Shown here one piece after another: positions 39,569-51,590 of a stretch of 64,000 nt of DNA. Made by a program: the position numbers and the translations under genes. The stretch spans positions 7,003 to 71,002 of the forward strand of contig JBAZMQ010000006.1 in the NCBI GenBank assembly GCA_041649675.1, in the 5' to 3' direction. The first letter of the stretch is position 1, and every line of letters starts with the position of its first letter. Source of the stretch: Patescibacteria group bacterium. Lineage in GTDB: Bacteria; Patescibacteriota; Patescibacteriia; Buchananbacterales; UBA6539. The notes beneath the pieces were generated by a model. That model saw nothing but the letters and a program-made list of their open reading frames with translations, did no database searches and had not been told where the DNA came from.

Positions 39569-41848
39569 TTATTCTTGATATTCATCGTCTGAATCGGATT
39601 CTTCGCTATCTAAATCATCTTGGGATTCAAAATCGGATTCTTCACTAGCAATTGAGGCGCGGCTAATCAATACTTCTCTTGGCTTAGCTCCGTCACCAGG
39701 GCCAATTATTCCTTGCTGCTCCAATAAATCCAAAATTCTTGCCGCCCGAGCATAGCCAACGCGCAACCGCCGCTGGAGCAAAGACGCTGAAGCTTTTTTG
39801 GCTTGCAAGATTACTTCCTTAGCTTCATTTAACAATGGATCGCCGTCTTCGCTGTCTAAGGAAGTAACTCCAGGCATACTTAAAGCCTGCTTTTCAACTA
39901 CTTCTTCTAAATAATCGGGTTCAGCCTGTTCTTTTAAATACTCGGCCACTTTTTTAATTTCATTATCAGAGGCAAAGGCGCCTTGCAGCCGTTTGGGCTT
40001 AGAAATATCGGCCGAAACATAAAGCATGTCACCACGGCCAAGTAATTTTTCCGCACCAGACATGTCCAAAATTGTTCTTGAATCAACCAGCGACGCAACA
40101 GAAAAAGCAATCCGTGAAGTGATATTAGCTTTAATCAAACCAGTAATTACATCAACTGACGGCCGTTGAGTGGCCAAGACCAAATGGATACCAACCGCCC
40201 GAGACATTTGAGCCAAGCGAACAATGGCTGCTTCCACTTCAGCGCCAGCGGCGGCCATTAAATCGGCAAGCTCATCAATAATGATAACAATATATGGCAT
40301 TTTATCCGGCATGACAGCATTAAAACTACCAATATTACGATGATGGGCTTGGGATAAAATATCAAACCTTTTTTCCATTTCGGTAATTGCCCATCGTAAA
40401 GCATTAACGGTTTTTTTGACATCGGTAATAACCGGAGTTAACAAATGAGGAATGCCGTTGTAAATGGGCAATTCAACCCGCTTAGGATCAACCATAATGA
40501 ATTTCAAATCGCCCGGACCGTTTTGGTATAGTAAGCTGACAATGACTGTATTAATACAAACACTTTTACCAGAGTTGGTGGCACCGGCAATAAGCAAATG
40601 GGGCATTCTGTCCAGCTCAGCTAGCCAAGGCCGACCCATAACGTCTTTGCCCAAAGCCACAGCTAAATTTGACTTGCGGGCTTTGAATTGGTCGCTGTTT
40701 AAAATATCGGCCAACGGGACAATTGAAGTTGATTGGTTAGGCACTTCAATTCCCACCAATGACCGGCCGGGAATTGGCGCTTCAATTCTAATTGGATGAG
40801 CGGCTAAGGCTAAAGCTAAATTATCACTTAAAGCCGTAATCCTTGATAGTTTAACTCCTTCAGCCGGCTTGAAAGTGTATTGAGTCACAGTCGGCCCAAC
40901 TTGGGCATCGCTCATTTCTGCCGGAATACCAAAATTTTCTAAAGTTTTTTGAATAATTAATTTGTTAGCTTTAATATCACCACCTTTAGGCGCAGTTGTC
41001 TTACCGTCCAACAAGCTTAAAGGCAAATCAATTTTCTTGGCTTTAAATTTAGTAACACCTAAATCTAGTTGTTTAGCTTCCTTGGTGTCCTCACTTACTT
41101 CATCATCAGATTCAGTAGAATCATCTTGATCAGTTCCGGCTTGTTCAACCTCCACGCGCTGGCGGGAAAAATTAGGCTCTGGCGGCTCAATTATTATTTC
41201 TTCAGTTGCCGTTCGGTCACGCTTGGCTTGAATCTTTTTAATTTTACGCTGTGATTTAATTTCACCCAACCGTTCAAACCAAGATTTAACTTGCCCTTGA
41301 TTTTCTGGCAACTGCTGCATCCAATTTAAAATTGAACTTTCAAAAAGCAACAGTAAACCAATAATTGCCAAAGCTAATAAGACAATGGCTGATGCCCAAA
41401 ACCCCATGATTTTTAAAAACGGATAAGCCAAAACTAGGCCTAAATAGCCACCACCCAGTCCTGATTGGGCCGCTGGCAATAAATCAGTTTGGTGAAAAAT
41501 TACATGAATTAAACCGTTAAAACTTAAAATAAAAATAACTACCCCTAAAAAATTAGATAGCTTGAACCCATGTTTTGCCCGGCGCAGTAAAAAATAACCA
41601 ATAACCAAAAAAACTATTGGCACATACCAACGATTAATACCAAAACCTAGCTGCAAAAAATTATTTAAGTAAACACCCAAAGTTCCAGCCAAATTGATTA
41701 AACTCAAAAACGTCAAAATACCGCAAGTTAGCAAAAAAATGATGATTATAACACGCTTAGTTTCGGGTGACAATTCAAACTTCGGACCGGAAAAATTCAG
41801 GTCGCGAATGCTCTCAAATTTATTGAATCTTTTTTTACGTCTAGCCAT
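39569..41848 (-). CDS. ftsK: DNA translocase FtsK/SpoIIIE
   Basis: N-terminal TMs, PHLLIAGATNSGKS, DPKRVEL, IDELADLM, ATQRPS, gamma domain LQRRLRVGYARAAR. Confidence 0.96.
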   Translation of the reverse strand: MARRKKRFNKFESIRDLNFSGPKFELSPETKRVIIIIFLLTCGILTFLSLINLAGTLGVYLNNFLQLGFGINRWYVPIVFLVIGYFLLRRAKHGFKLSNFLGVVIFILSFNGLIHVIFHQTDLLPAAQSGLGGGYLGLVLAYPFLKIMGFWASAIVLLALAIIGLLLLFESSILNWMQQLPENQGQVKSWFERLGEIKSQRKIKKIQAKRDRTATEEIIIEPPEPNFSRQRVEVEQAGTDQDDSTESDDEVSEDTKEAKQLDLGVTKFKAKKIDLPLSLLDGKTTAPKGGDIKANKLIIQKTLENFGIPAEMSDAQVGPTVTQYTFKPAEGVKLSRITALSDNLALALAAHPIRIEAPIPGRSLVGIEVPNQSTSIVPLADILNSDQFKARKSNLAVALGKDVMGRPWLAELDRMPHLLIAGATNSGKSVCINTVIVSLLYQNGPGDLKFIMVDPKRVELPIYNGIPHLLTPVITDVKKTVNALRWAITEMEKRFDILSQAHHRNIGSFNAVMPDKMPYIVIIIDELADLMAAAGAEVEAAIVRLAQMSRAVGIHLVLATQRPSVDVITGLIKANITSRIAFSVASLVDSRTILDMSGAEKLLGRGDMLYVSADISKPKRLQGAFASDNEIKKVAEYLKEQAEPDYLEEVVEKQALSMPGVTSLDSEDGDPLLNEAKEVILQAKKASASLLQRRLRVGYARAARILDLLEQQGIIGPGDGAKPREVLISRASIASEESDFESQDDLDSEESDSDDEYQE

Positions 41849-41922
41849 ATATAACTATTATATTTTAACATAAAATTATAACTGCGTAAACCCTAAAACT
41901 ATAAATTCAGACGCCCTTCCCT

Positions 41923-42000
41923 TTAACCTCTCCCCCAGCTTTTTACTGCTAATTCTCCCCCCTCTCCTTTAAAAGGAGAGGGGGTCGGGAGAGAGGTTAA
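41923..42000. repeat. CCCTCTCC palindrome abutting the DUF559 gene
   Basis: TTAACCTCTCCC...CCCCCTCTCCTTTAAAAGGAGAGGGGG...GGGAGAGAGGTTAA. Confidence 0.7.
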
Positions 42001-42359
42001 AAAGCCTTAAAATTTTTTTCAATACTCTGCAATACATCATCTATCTGACTTAGAATCTCTGGGTTAGTAAATCTTAAAAACTTAATCCCTAGTTGCTCAA
42101 CTTCCGTCTGCCTGGCTTTATCATAGGCCACAATTTTACTGTTTAGATGATAATTGCCATCTACCTCAATTGCCAGTTTTAATTTCGGACAATAAAAATC
42201 CAAAACATACTTATTAACGCTAAATTGCCTTTTGAATTTATAACCCTTCAACTTACGACTTCTTAAATAATACCAAAGGATATTTTCAGCCACTGTCGAA
42301 TTCTTTCTCAGAATTCTTCTTTTTTCCATTTCCGAGGTCTTATTAAAAATTAAAGTCAT
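41997..42359 (-). CDS. DUF559 (Vsr-like) endonuclease
   Basis: LRKNST-x-AE-x-x-LW, KFKRQ, DFYC, IEVDG-x-x-H, LRFTN. Confidence 0.9.
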   Translation of the reverse strand: MTLIFNKTSEMEKRRILRKNSTVAENILWYYLRSRKLKGYKFKRQFSVNKYVLDFYCPKLKLAIEVDGNYHLNSKIVAYDKARQTEVEQLGIKFLRFTNPEILSQIDDVLQSIEKNFKAF

Positions 42360-42436
42360 AAAATTTTAAATAAAAGCGCCCACTAAGGGTGGGCGCTATG
42401 TTGATTAGTTTATTTTTAAGGAGTGCCTAAGCTACT

Positions 42437-45400
42437 CTATTCCTGAAAGCCAGTGCCGGCTGGAATCAAGCGACCAATAATGACATTTTCCTTCAAGCCG
42501 CGCAGATAATCAATCCGGCCTTCAACAGCGGCATTGATCAAAACTCTGGAAGTTTCCTGGAAAGAGGCAGCTGAAAGGAAGCTGGAAGTTGATAGAGAGA
42601 CTTTGGAAATTCCCAAAAGCAATTCTTCAAATTCAGCCGGTAGATTGCCGGCCTTTACGGCTTTGTCATTAAAATCTAGCAGCTCGTCGCGTTCAATTTT
42701 TTGGCTAGCTAATAATTCAGTGTTACCGGTAGTTTTAATCAAAACGCGAGAAAACATTTGCTTAACGATTAATTCAATATGGCGATTGTCTAGCTTCTGA
42801 CCTTGAGAAGAATAAATCAATTGAATTTCATCAACAACATAACGCTGAGTTTCTTGTTTGCCACGCAAAGTATACAATTGCCGCAAATCCAAGCTACCAT
42901 TGGTCAAAGCCGTACCTTTAGTCACTAATTCACCATCTTTAACTAGCAAATGAAATTCCGGAGGAATCTGGTAAATTTGCGCTTTTTGCTCTTTGACCAT
43001 AACCACTAACTTTTCTTTTTCAACCTTGACTACTCCCGATCTGAGAGCGACTACTTCCTCGCCATTTTTATCAAGGAAAAGTAAATCACCTTTTTTGACT
43101 TTTTGGTTATCCTTAACTTCAGTTTTCAATTTTGATTTATCTTTTTTATCAGCCGAACCTAAAGGATAAATATCTTGATCCAAATCTTCATGTAAAATTT
43201 TAACAACATTGAAACGACCAGACTTAGCCCCTTCGCGTTTTGATTCTTCCATTTTTATCAAGCCATCAACTTCAGCGACAAAGGCCCGATGTTTTGGCGG
43301 CCGCGCTTCAAAAACTTCTTCAACTCTTGGCAAACCTTGGGTAATATCCAAACCAGCCACACCACCAGTATGAAAAGTTCTCATTGTCAGCTGAGTGCCC
43401 GGTTCACCAATACTTTGAGCAGCAATTATACCAACGGCTGTTCCCATTGCCACTGGTTTGTTATGAGCTAAATCCCAACCATAGCATTTTTGGCAAACAC
43501 CACGGCGAGTTTTGCAATTCATAACTGAACGAATATGAATTTGGGGTAAATCTAATTCTCTGAGTAAAGCTAATTTTTCAGAATTGATCAATTCACCAAC
43601 GTCAATAATGGTTTTTTTGGTTTTAGGATCAACAATTTTTTCTAAAACATATCTACCCTTAACTCGTTCAACTAAATTTAAGCCCATGGCTTCGCTGGCT
43701 TTTTTGGTCATAACAATCCCTTCGGTATCGCCACAATCAATTTCATTAATTACCATATCTTGAGAAACGTCAACCAACCGACGGGTTAAATAACCAGCAT
43801 TGGCAGTTCTTAAGGCAGTATCGGATAAACCCTTTCTAGCACCATGAGTAGAAATAAAGTATTCCAAAACGTCAAAGCCTTCTTTAAAATTACCTTTAAC
43901 CGGCAATTCAATAATGTCGCCAGCCGGATTGGTCACCAATCCTTTCATACCAATAATCTGAATCAACTGACTCCAACTACCTCTGGCACCGGATTCAACC
44001 ATGGTAAAAATCGTACCGTGAGGATCCAAAGTATTTTGACTCATCTTTACAATTTTATCTTTAACTCCCATCCAAATTTCAATAATCTTGGTATGGCGTT
44101 CACTATCGGTTAACAAACCGGAGTTAAATTGATTTTCTACTTCTTCAACTTCCTGTTCACCTTCCAAAATAATTTCTTTTTTATTTTCAATTTTTGGGAC
44201 ATCATCCATACCCCAAGAATAACCGGATTGGGTCAGGTATTTAAAGCCCAAGTTTTTAATTTCATCCAAAAGTTTAGCCACATCAGCTTCATCATACTTT
44301 TCCAAAAATTCAGAGACTAACTGGCGTAAACTTTTACTATCAACAACTTTATTTTGGAAGGGATAATCGTCAGGCAGAACTTGGTTAAATATAATCCGGC
44401 CAACGGAAGTTTCGTAAATTTTATCTTTAATCCCAGCGACTTTCAATTTCTTTTCCAACCAACTATCAGCCCGGACTTTAATTGTTTGTTGAATTTTAAC
44501 TTTCTTTAGGTTATAAGCCAAAATTGCTTCCTGGCAATCAGCAAAAATTTTAACTTTATCGTTCTTGTCATTTTCAATTAAAGTTAAATAATGACAGCCC
44601 CAAACCATATCTTTGGTCGGACGGGCAACCGGGTCGCCGGTGGCCGGTTTTAAGATATTGCGAGAAGCAATCATTAAATTAGCTGCTTCCCATTTGGCAT
44701 TTTCGGTCAAGGGAACGTGAACAGCCATTTGATCACCGTCAAAGTCAGCGTTGAAAGCTTCGCAAACCATTGGATGAATTTGGATAGCCTTACCTTCAAT
44801 TAAAACCGGCTTGAAAGCTTGAATGCCTAAACGGTGCAAAGTTGGTGCCCGGTTTAACAAAACATGGGCATCTTTAACAATCTCTTCCAAAATATCCCAA
44901 ACTTCATTGCGGCCGCTTTCAATAAAACGGTTTGCGCTTCTGACGTTATGAACATATTCACGCTTAATTAACTGACTGATGACAAAAGGTTTAAATAATT
45001 CTAAAGCCATGCGCTTGGGTAAACCGCACTGATCAATTCTCAATTTCGGACCAACCACAATGACGCTGCGGCCGGAATAGTCAATTCTTTTACCTAATAA
45101 ATTTTGGCGGAAACGCCCTTGTTTACCTTTTAAAATATCGGCTAAAGATTTAAGCATCCGTTTTTGGCCGGTTGAAGCCACAACTGTTTTGCCATGGCGG
45201 GCACTGTTGTCAATCAAAGCATCAACGGCTTCCTGCAACATTCTCTTTTCATTTCGAGTAATAACTTCCGGCGCGTTTAAATCTTTAAGTTGCTTTAACC
45301 GATTATTTCGATTAATAATTCGCCGATATAAATCATTCAAATCGGAAGTGGCAAACCGACCGCCGTCCAAAGGTACCATTGGTCTTAAATCTGGCGGGAT

Positions 45401-46354
45401 TACCGGTACCACAGTTAAAATCATCCATTCCGGACGGATTTTAGTTTTTTGAAAATTCTTGACCAACTTTAACCGCTTAATAAGTTTCTCTCTTTGCGGC
45501 GGAGTATTATTGTTATTAAGTTCTTGCTCTAGTTCAACAGCGACTTTGTCCAAATCAATTTTTTCCAAAAGACTTCTGATCGCTTCGGCACCGATATCAG
45601 CATCAAAAATATGACCATACTTCAAAGACAAATCGTGATAAACATGTTCGGAAATTATTCTCAATGGTTTTAATTCTTTAAGCTCTTGCTCGGCCAAACG
45701 TAGAATTTGTTCCAACTCTTTGGTTTTTTCTGTTTTTAAATTTTCCAAAGTCAAAGATTCTTTGGCAATCAAGGCATCAATCTCTTCTGGCTTAACATCT
45801 TTTTTGCCTTGGCCAACTCGGCTCTTGATTAAATTAAGCTGGTTATTAAAATCATTTTCAATTTTTTTCTTTTTGGCTTTAAACTCCTGTTTAATTTGTT
45901 CCAAGGTTTCTCGTTTTAAATCTTCATCAACCCGGGTAATGATAAAATCGGCAAAATAAATAACTTTTTCTAAAGCCATTGGTGACAAATCCAAAATCAA
46001 ACCAATCTTGGAAGGTACACCGCGCAAAAACCAGATATGGGAAGCCGGCGAAGCCAAATCAATATGGCCCATGCGTTCCCGCCGAACAATTGAGCGGGTA
46101 ACTTCAACACCGCATTTATCGCAAACTATACCTTTGTAACGGATTTTTTTGTATTTACCACAGTAACATTCCCAATCTTTTGAGGGACCAAAAATTCTTT
46201 CGCAAAACAAACCATCCTTCTCGGGTTTTTGCGTCCGATAATTAATTGTTTCCGGCTTAATCACCTCGCCATGGGACCACTCATGAATTATATCTGGTGA
46301 GGCTAAAGTCAGCTTTAGGGCGTCAAAATCGATTATACTTTTTTCTTCAACCAT
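42437..46354 (-). CDS. rpoC: RNA polymerase beta' subunit
   Basis: KPETINYRT, Zn finger, NADFDGDQMAVH, QLTMRTFH, GLKENVIIG. Confidence 0.99.
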   Translation of the reverse strand: MVEEKSIIDFDALKLTLASPDIIHEWSHGEVIKPETINYRTQKPEKDGLFCERIFGPSKDWECYCGKYKKIRYKGIVCDKCGVEVTRSIVRRERMGHIDLASPASHIWFLRGVPSKIGLILDLSPMALEKVIYFADFIITRVDEDLKRETLEQIKQEFKAKKKKIENDFNNQLNLIKSRVGQGKKDVKPEEIDALIAKESLTLENLKTEKTKELEQILRLAEQELKELKPLRIISEHVYHDLSLKYGHIFDADIGAEAIRSLLEKIDLDKVAVELEQELNNNNTPPQREKLIKRLKLVKNFQKTKIRPEWMILTVVPVIPPDLRPMVPLDGGRFATSDLNDLYRRIINRNNRLKQLKDLNAPEVITRNEKRMLQEAVDALIDNSARHGKTVVASTGQKRMLKSLADILKGKQGRFRQNLLGKRIDYSGRSVIVVGPKLRIDQCGLPKRMALELFKPFVISQLIKREYVHNVRSANRFIESGRNEVWDILEEIVKDAHVLLNRAPTLHRLGIQAFKPVLIEGKAIQIHPMVCEAFNADFDGDQMAVHVPLTENAKWEAANLMIASRNILKPATGDPVARPTKDMVWGCHYLTLIENDKNDKVKIFADCQEAILAYNLKKVKIQQTIKVRADSWLEKKLKVAGIKDKIYETSVGRIIFNQVLPDDYPFQNKVVDSKSLRQLVSEFLEKYDEADVAKLLDEIKNLGFKYLTQSGYSWGMDDVPKIENKKEIILEGEQEVEEVENQFNSGLLTDSERHTKIIEIWMGVKDKIVKMSQNTLDPHGTIFTMVESGARGSWSQLIQIIGMKGLVTNPAGDIIELPVKGNFKEGFDVLEYFISTHGARKGLSDTALRTANAGYLTRRLVDVSQDMVINEIDCGDTEGIVMTKKASEAMGLNLVERVKGRYVLEKIVDPKTKKTIIDVGELINSEKLALLRELDLPQIHIRSVMNCKTRRGVCQKCYGWDLAHNKPVAMGTAVGIIAAQSIGEPGTQLTMRTFHTGGVAGLDITQGLPRVEEVFEARPPKHRAFVAEVDGLIKMEESKREGAKSGRFNVVKILHEDLDQDIYPLGSADKKDKSKLKTEVKDNQKVKKGDLLFLDKNGEEVVALRSGVVKVEKEKLVVMVKEQKAQIYQIPPEFHLLVKDGELVTKGTALTNGSLDLRQLYTLRGKQETQRYVVDEIQLIYSSQGQKLDNRHIELIVKQMFSRVLIKTTGNTELLASQKIERDELLDFNDKAVKAGNLPAEFEELLLGISKVSLSTSSFLSAASFQETSRVLINAAVEGRIDYLRGLKENVIIGRLIPAGTGFQE

Positions 46355-46394
46355 ATTATTAAATTGAAATTAAAGGTGGATTAGATTTAGTAAT

Positions 46395-49300
46395 TTATTG
46401 TCCTGTTACTTCTTTTTCTTCTTTAACAACATTTTTTTCAACTGGTTTGTTACCTGACATCAATTCAATGTTTAGGCATAAACCATTTAATTCGCGAAGT
46501 AATACGTTAAATGACTCGGGAATATTTAACTTTTTAATTGGTTCACCTTTAATAATTGATTCGTAAGCTTTTGAACGGCCGGAAACGTCATCGGATTTAA
46601 TAGTCAAAATTTCTTGCAGAGTATGAGCCGCACCATAGGCTTCAAGCGCCCAGACTTCCATTTCACCAAACCGCTGACCGCCGAATTGGGCTTTACCGCC
46701 TAATGGCTGCTGAGTGATTAAGGAGTATGGACCGATTGACCGCTGATGAATTTTATCTTCAACCATATGGTTTAATTTCATCATATAGATTTGGCCAACT
46801 GTTATCCGCTGTTCAAACTGCTCACCGCTGCGGCCATCATAAACATTCATTTTTCCATCAGCACTGTAGCCAGCTCTGACTAATTCGGATTTGATCGTTT
46901 CTTCGGATACACCATCCAAAACCGGACTCATTACTTTATAACCGAGTTTAGCCGCGGCTAAGCCTAAATGAGTTTCCAAAATTTGACCAAGGTTCATACG
47001 AGAAACAACGCCCAATGGACTTAAAATTATATCAACCGGCATACCATCGCTTAAAAATGGCATATCTTCAACCGGTAAAACAATTGAAACCACACCTTTG
47101 TTTCCGTGCCGGCCAGCCATTTTATCACCAACTTGAATTTTTCTTAAATTAGCAATTGACACCTGATACATTTTAATTACGCCGGAAGGCAATTTATCAC
47201 CATTTTCCCGGCTAAATATTTTGACATCAACAACTTTACCTTTCTCACCATGTTCCAGGTACAAAGAACTGTCACGGACGTCTCTGGCTTTTTCACCAAA
47301 GATGGCCCGCAGCAATTTTTCTTCGGCTGAAAGTTCAGTTTCACCTTTAGGCGTAATTTTACCAACTAAAATATCACCCGAAGAAACAGAAGCCCCAATT
47401 CGGACCACGCCTTCGGAATCTAAATCTTTTAATTTTTCTTCACCAATATTAGGAATATCGGAAGTGACAATTTCTGGCCCTAATTTGGTATCACGAACTT
47501 CAACTTGGAAGTCCTCTATATAGATAGAAGTAAAAGCATCTTTTTGGACTAATCTTTCGGATAAAATAATAGCATCTTCGTAGTTATAACCTTCCCAAGG
47601 CATAAAAGCCACCAAAATGTTTTGGCCCAAGGCCAATTCACCTTTATCGCTAGCTGGGCCATCGGCTAAAACATCACCCTTTTTAATCACTTCACCCTTA
47701 TCAACTACTGGCCGTTGGTTAATACAAGTTGAGGCATTGGAACGGACAAATTTATTTAAACGATAACTTTTAACCTCGCCATTTTTATCTAAAACATCAA
47801 TTCGGTCGGATTGAACTTCTGATATTTTTCCATCAGTTTTGGAAACGATGACGTGGCCGGAATCTTGAGCTGATTTGGCTTCCAAGCCGGTACCGACAAT
47901 CGGCGAGCTTGGTTTAATAACTGGTACGGCTTGGCGCTGCATGTTTGAGCCCATTAAAGCACGAACCGCGTCGTCATGCTCCAAAAATGGAATTAAAGAA
48001 GTGGCCACCGAAACGATTTGGTTAGGCGCTACATCCATATAATCAATGAAATTAACGTGTTCAATTTCCGGTTCCCCATATTTTCTTACTTCAGCTCTTT
48101 CCACCATAAAATAGCCTTTCTCGTCAATTGGCGTGGTGGCAGCAGTCGTAATGGAATTTTCGCTTTGGAAAGCAGTCAAATAAACAACCTGTTCGGTTAC
48201 TCTTGGTTTAACCGGTATTTTTTTAAGTTCAGCAATTTTTTCTAAATCTTTGGCCAGTTTGGCAGAAATAGTTTCACCCGCTTTAGCAATGATTGAATTA
48301 TTGCCTGGATTTAAAATATCAACTCGGGCAATTTCACCTTCAGTTTCAGCGGCCAAGTTGGCAATATCGTGTTTTACTTTTCTGAAAGGCGTTTCAATAA
48401 AACCATATTCATTAATTCTGGCATAGCAAGCCAAATGACCGACTAAGCCAATGTTTGGACCTTCAGGCGTGGCAATTGGACAGATCCGGCCGTAGTGAGT
48501 CGGATGTACATCACGAACATCAAAGCCAGCCCGTTCGCGAGAAAGACCGCCTGGACCCATGGCTGATAAACGGCGCTTATGCTCAAGTTCGGCTAACGGA
48601 TTGGTTTGATCCATAAACTGCGACAGCTGAGAAGACATGAAAAATTCTTTAACTGAACCAATGACTGGCCGCGCATTGATTAAACGGTTAGGCGTGATTT
48701 CAGCAATATCCAAAGTACTCATGCGATCTTTGGCAATTCTTTCCATCCGAGCCAAGCCAATCCGGAATTTATTTTGAACTAATTCACCAATGGCTCTGAC
48801 CCGCCGATTACCCAAATGATCAATATCATCAGGATCTTTTTGCGTAATATTCAAACGAATAATTTCTGAGACCACTTCCGCTAAATCCTGAACCAACAAA
48901 ACCCGATTTTCTTTGGTGATTGGCAAATCGTGGTTAAAGCGCTGATTAATTTTATAACGGCCAACTTTACCAAAATCATAACGTTCAAAATTGAAAAACA
49001 TGGCATAGATTAAAGACTTGGCATTATCAGCCGTGGCTAAATCACCGGGCCGAATTCTTTTGTAAACTTCAATTAAGCCATCAGCTTCGTTGGTGGAAAC
49101 ATCTTTGGCTAAAGTATTTTTGATATAAGAAATTTCTGGATGAGTATCAACGTCTTTAAAAATTTCTAAAATTTCATCGTCGGTTGGATAACCAAAAATT
49201 CTAAACAAAGAAGTAACCGCAATTTTTCTTTTCCGGTCAATTTTTACCCAAATTACGTTATTAATATCGGTTTCTAATTCCAACCAAGAACCACGGTTAG

Positions 49301-49772
49301 GAATGATTTTAGCACCATAATAGCGCTTCTCGCCGTAAACTTCAGAGGTAAAGAAAATCCCAGCTGATCTAATTAACTGGGAAACAACAACTCTTTCAAT
49401 GCCATTGATAATAAAAGTTCCCCTTTCGGTCATCAAAGGAAAATCACCGAGATAAACTTCTTGTTCGAGTTTTTTATTCAATTTTCGGTTAACCAATTTG
49501 GCTGTGACGCGCAAAGGCGCTTCATAACTTAAATTTTTAATTCGGCTGGTGACTTCATCAAATTTTGGTTCATCAAGATAATATTTACCAAAATATAATT
49601 CAAAATCACGACCGATAAAATCTTTAATTGGTGATACTTCTTCAAATAATTCTTGCAAACCGTGCTGCAAAAACCAGTTGTAAGAGTCTTTCTGGGCTTC
49701 AATCAGATCCGGTATAGGTACTGCTTCTTTAAGAATGGTAAAAACTTGTCGGTTTGGATTTTTTGAAGCCAT
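46395..49772 (-). CDS. rpoB: RNA polymerase beta subunit
   Basis: [44 protein letters not shown]. Confidence 0.99.
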   Translation of the reverse strand: MASKNPNRQVFTILKEAVPIPDLIEAQKDSYNWFLQHGLQELFEEVSPIKDFIGRDFELYFGKYYLDEPKFDEVTSRIKNLSYEAPLRVTAKLVNRKLNKKLEQEVYLGDFPLMTERGTFIINGIERVVVSQLIRSAGIFFTSEVYGEKRYYGAKIIPNRGSWLELETDINNVIWVKIDRKRKIAVTSLFRIFGYPTDDEILEIFKDVDTHPEISYIKNTLAKDVSTNEADGLIEVYKRIRPGDLATADNAKSLIYAMFFNFERYDFGKVGRYKINQRFNHDLPITKENRVLLVQDLAEVVSEIIRLNITQKDPDDIDHLGNRRVRAIGELVQNKFRIGLARMERIAKDRMSTLDIAEITPNRLINARPVIGSVKEFFMSSQLSQFMDQTNPLAELEHKRRLSAMGPGGLSRERAGFDVRDVHPTHYGRICPIATPEGPNIGLVGHLACYARINEYGFIETPFRKVKHDIANLAAETEGEIARVDILNPGNNSIIAKAGETISAKLAKDLEKIAELKKIPVKPRVTEQVVYLTAFQSENSITTAATTPIDEKGYFMVERAEVRKYGEPEIEHVNFIDYMDVAPNQIVSVATSLIPFLEHDDAVRALMGSNMQRQAVPVIKPSSPIVGTGLEAKSAQDSGHVIVSKTDGKISEVQSDRIDVLDKNGEVKSYRLNKFVRSNASTCINQRPVVDKGEVIKKGDVLADGPASDKGELALGQNILVAFMPWEGYNYEDAIILSERLVQKDAFTSIYIEDFQVEVRDTKLGPEIVTSDIPNIGEEKLKDLDSEGVVRIGASVSSGDILVGKITPKGETELSAEEKLLRAIFGEKARDVRDSSLYLEHGEKGKVVDVKIFSRENGDKLPSGVIKMYQVSIANLRKIQVGDKMAGRHGNKGVVSIVLPVEDMPFLSDGMPVDIILSPLGVVSRMNLGQILETHLGLAAAKLGYKVMSPVLDGVSEETIKSELVRAGYSADGKMNVYDGRSGEQFEQRITVGQIYMMKLNHMVEDKIHQRSIGPYSLITQQPLGGKAQFGGQRFGEMEVWALEAYGAAHTLQEILTIKSDDVSGRSKAYESIIKGEPIKKLNIPESFNVLLRELNGLCLNIELMSGNKPVEKNVVKEEKEVTGQ

Positions 49773-50001
49773 AAGTATGTATTAATCTAAGATTAGTAAA
49801 TATTTTATAATTATAGATAGACAACAAAAATGTCTCCCAGCCTTCATTCTCAGGATGCGAGTTTAACGATTTCTTTAATTAAGTTTTAGAAAAAAAGAAG
49901 CCCACTACCTATTTTTTTAAAAATGAAACGTGAATAAGACACTGTTTTACAATAGCGGGAAGCTAAAAAATCAATGTTGATTGAATTGATTTAACCTAGC
50001 T

Positions 50002-50030
50002 ATATTAGCAAATTATTAAAACTTTGTCAA
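50002..50030 (-). promoter_or_regulatory. Sigma70 promoter of rpoBC
   Basis: Minus strand TTGACA-17-TAATAT with extended TG. Confidence 0.65.
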
Positions 50031-50196
50031 TGTTTTTATGTCCCAGATTAACTCTTAAGACAAAAGGTGCTAATCTAAGCCAAAAAATGGATTAAACCTA
50101 AACAGTTATCCACAATTTATCAAGAATTTGGCTTAGATGATTTTTTAAATAAAAACCTGCCAAATTCAAGTTGACCTTAAATCAAATTGCTCAGAT

Positions 50197-51516
50197 TTAT
50201 TTTTTTAGATTCTTTAATTCTTCTCTAACCACCTGCCGGTCATCCCAAGGAATTAATTTACCATCTTTGACCGCCATAACCGGTTCGCAACCTTTGCCGG
50301 AAACCAAAACCAAATCGCCCGCTTGAGCCAAGCTCAAAGCTTTACTTATTCCTTGGCGCCGGTCCAAAATACTAAATAAATTTTTATTATTAACTTTTCC
50401 GGCTTTTATTGCGCCGGCGGCTACCTGATCAATAATTCGCTGCGGATCTTCATCGTAAGGATCTTCATTGGTAACAATTACATAATCGGCTAATTTAGCA
50501 GCAAGCTCACCTAAAACCGGCCGCCGCCAGCAATCCCGGCCGCCGCCGCAAGAACCTAAAACATGAATAACTTTTTTATGATCAATTAATTTTACCATTT
50601 CATATAAAGCTAAAACAGCTTTGGGCTCGTAAGCATAATCAACAATGATTTTAAACGGCTGACCAGCTTCAATAAATTCAATTCGGCCTGGCACGCCTTG
50701 AATAGCTGATAAAATTTCAGACATTTTAGACAAACTCAAGCCTTGGGATAAACCAAGAGTAACAGTTGCCAGGGTATTATAAATATTATGACGGCCAAAA
50801 AGTTTTAGATTAAACGGCTGACCAGCAACTGTAAATTCAACACCCGATCCGGAGATTACTTCGTTTTCGGCTCGCACTACCCGGCCTTGATCGCTGGACT
50901 GTTGGGTCAGAGTAAAACCAAATTTGTCTTGGGCCCAATTAGCCAAAAAATCTTTAGCGTGTTCATCATCCAAATTAGCAATAATGGTTTTTTTAATTTT
51001 TTGGTTTGCCAAAATTTTTATCGTCTCTTCTTTGAGTTTAGCAAAAAGTTTTAGTTTCGCTTTTTTGTAATTTTCAAAATTGCCATGAGCTTCAATATGC
51101 TCAGGGTATAAATTAGTAAAAATTAAAATATCATAATTAATCCCTAAATGCCGGAATTGCTCAATCCCCTGAGAACTGGTTTCAATAATTGCATACTGAC
51201 AATTTGCTTTAGTCATCTGTTTAATCAACTTCTGCAAAGCAAAGCGACCAATCATAGTCATCTTTTTGTCGTTTAACCATTCTTTTTTATCAACTTTAAA
51301 GAGAAAAGTTGAGGCCGCGCCAACCCTAAAACCGGCATTTTGTAGCATTTTGGCAATTAAATAAACTACCGTTGATTTACCCGAAGTGCCGGTAACCCCA
51401 ATGACAATTAACTTGTCCGATGGACTGCCGTAAAAAAAATTAGCCGCTATGGCGAGGGAATAGTGGTAGAGTTTTAATAATGGTTGAGGAATAAATTGTT
51501 TTAAGCGGTTTAACAT
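50197..51516 (-). CDS. murE: MurE-family UDP-MurNAc-dipeptide amino acid ligase
   Basis: GVTGTSGKST, ETSSQG, FTNLYPEH, VPGRIE, VDYA, GGGRD, EDP, GKG. Confidence 0.88.
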   Translation of the reverse strand: MLNRLKQFIPQPLLKLYHYSLAIAANFFYGSPSDKLIVIGVTGTSGKSTVVYLIAKMLQNAGFRVGAASTFLFKVDKKEWLNDKKMTMIGRFALQKLIKQMTKANCQYAIIETSSQGIEQFRHLGINYDILIFTNLYPEHIEAHGNFENYKKAKLKLFAKLKEETIKILANQKIKKTIIANLDDEHAKDFLANWAQDKFGFTLTQQSSDQGRVVRAENEVISGSGVEFTVAGQPFNLKLFGRHNIYNTLATVTLGLSQGLSLSKMSEILSAIQGVPGRIEFIEAGQPFKIIVDYAYEPKAVLALYEMVKLIDHKKVIHVLGSCGGGRDCWRRPVLGELAAKLADYVIVTNEDPYDEDPQRIIDQVAAGAIKAGKVNNKNLFSILDRRQGISKALSLAQAGDLVLVSGKGCEPVMAVKDGKLIPWDDRQVVREELKNLKK

Positions 51517-51518
51517 TG

Positions 51519-51587
51519 ATGAATTATGAATTATGAATTATGAATCGGGAGAGTTGCCATAATTCCTGATTCATAATTCCTAATTCT
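51519..51587. repeat. (GAATTAT)n heptamer inverted repeat
   Basis: ATGAATTATGAATTATGAAT ... ATTCATAATTC. Confidence 0.7.
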
Positions 51588-51590
51588 AGA

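Noticed and set aside
50106-50114. Replication origin
   Set aside because: Only one DnaA box here, with no cluster and no dnaA/dnaN nearby
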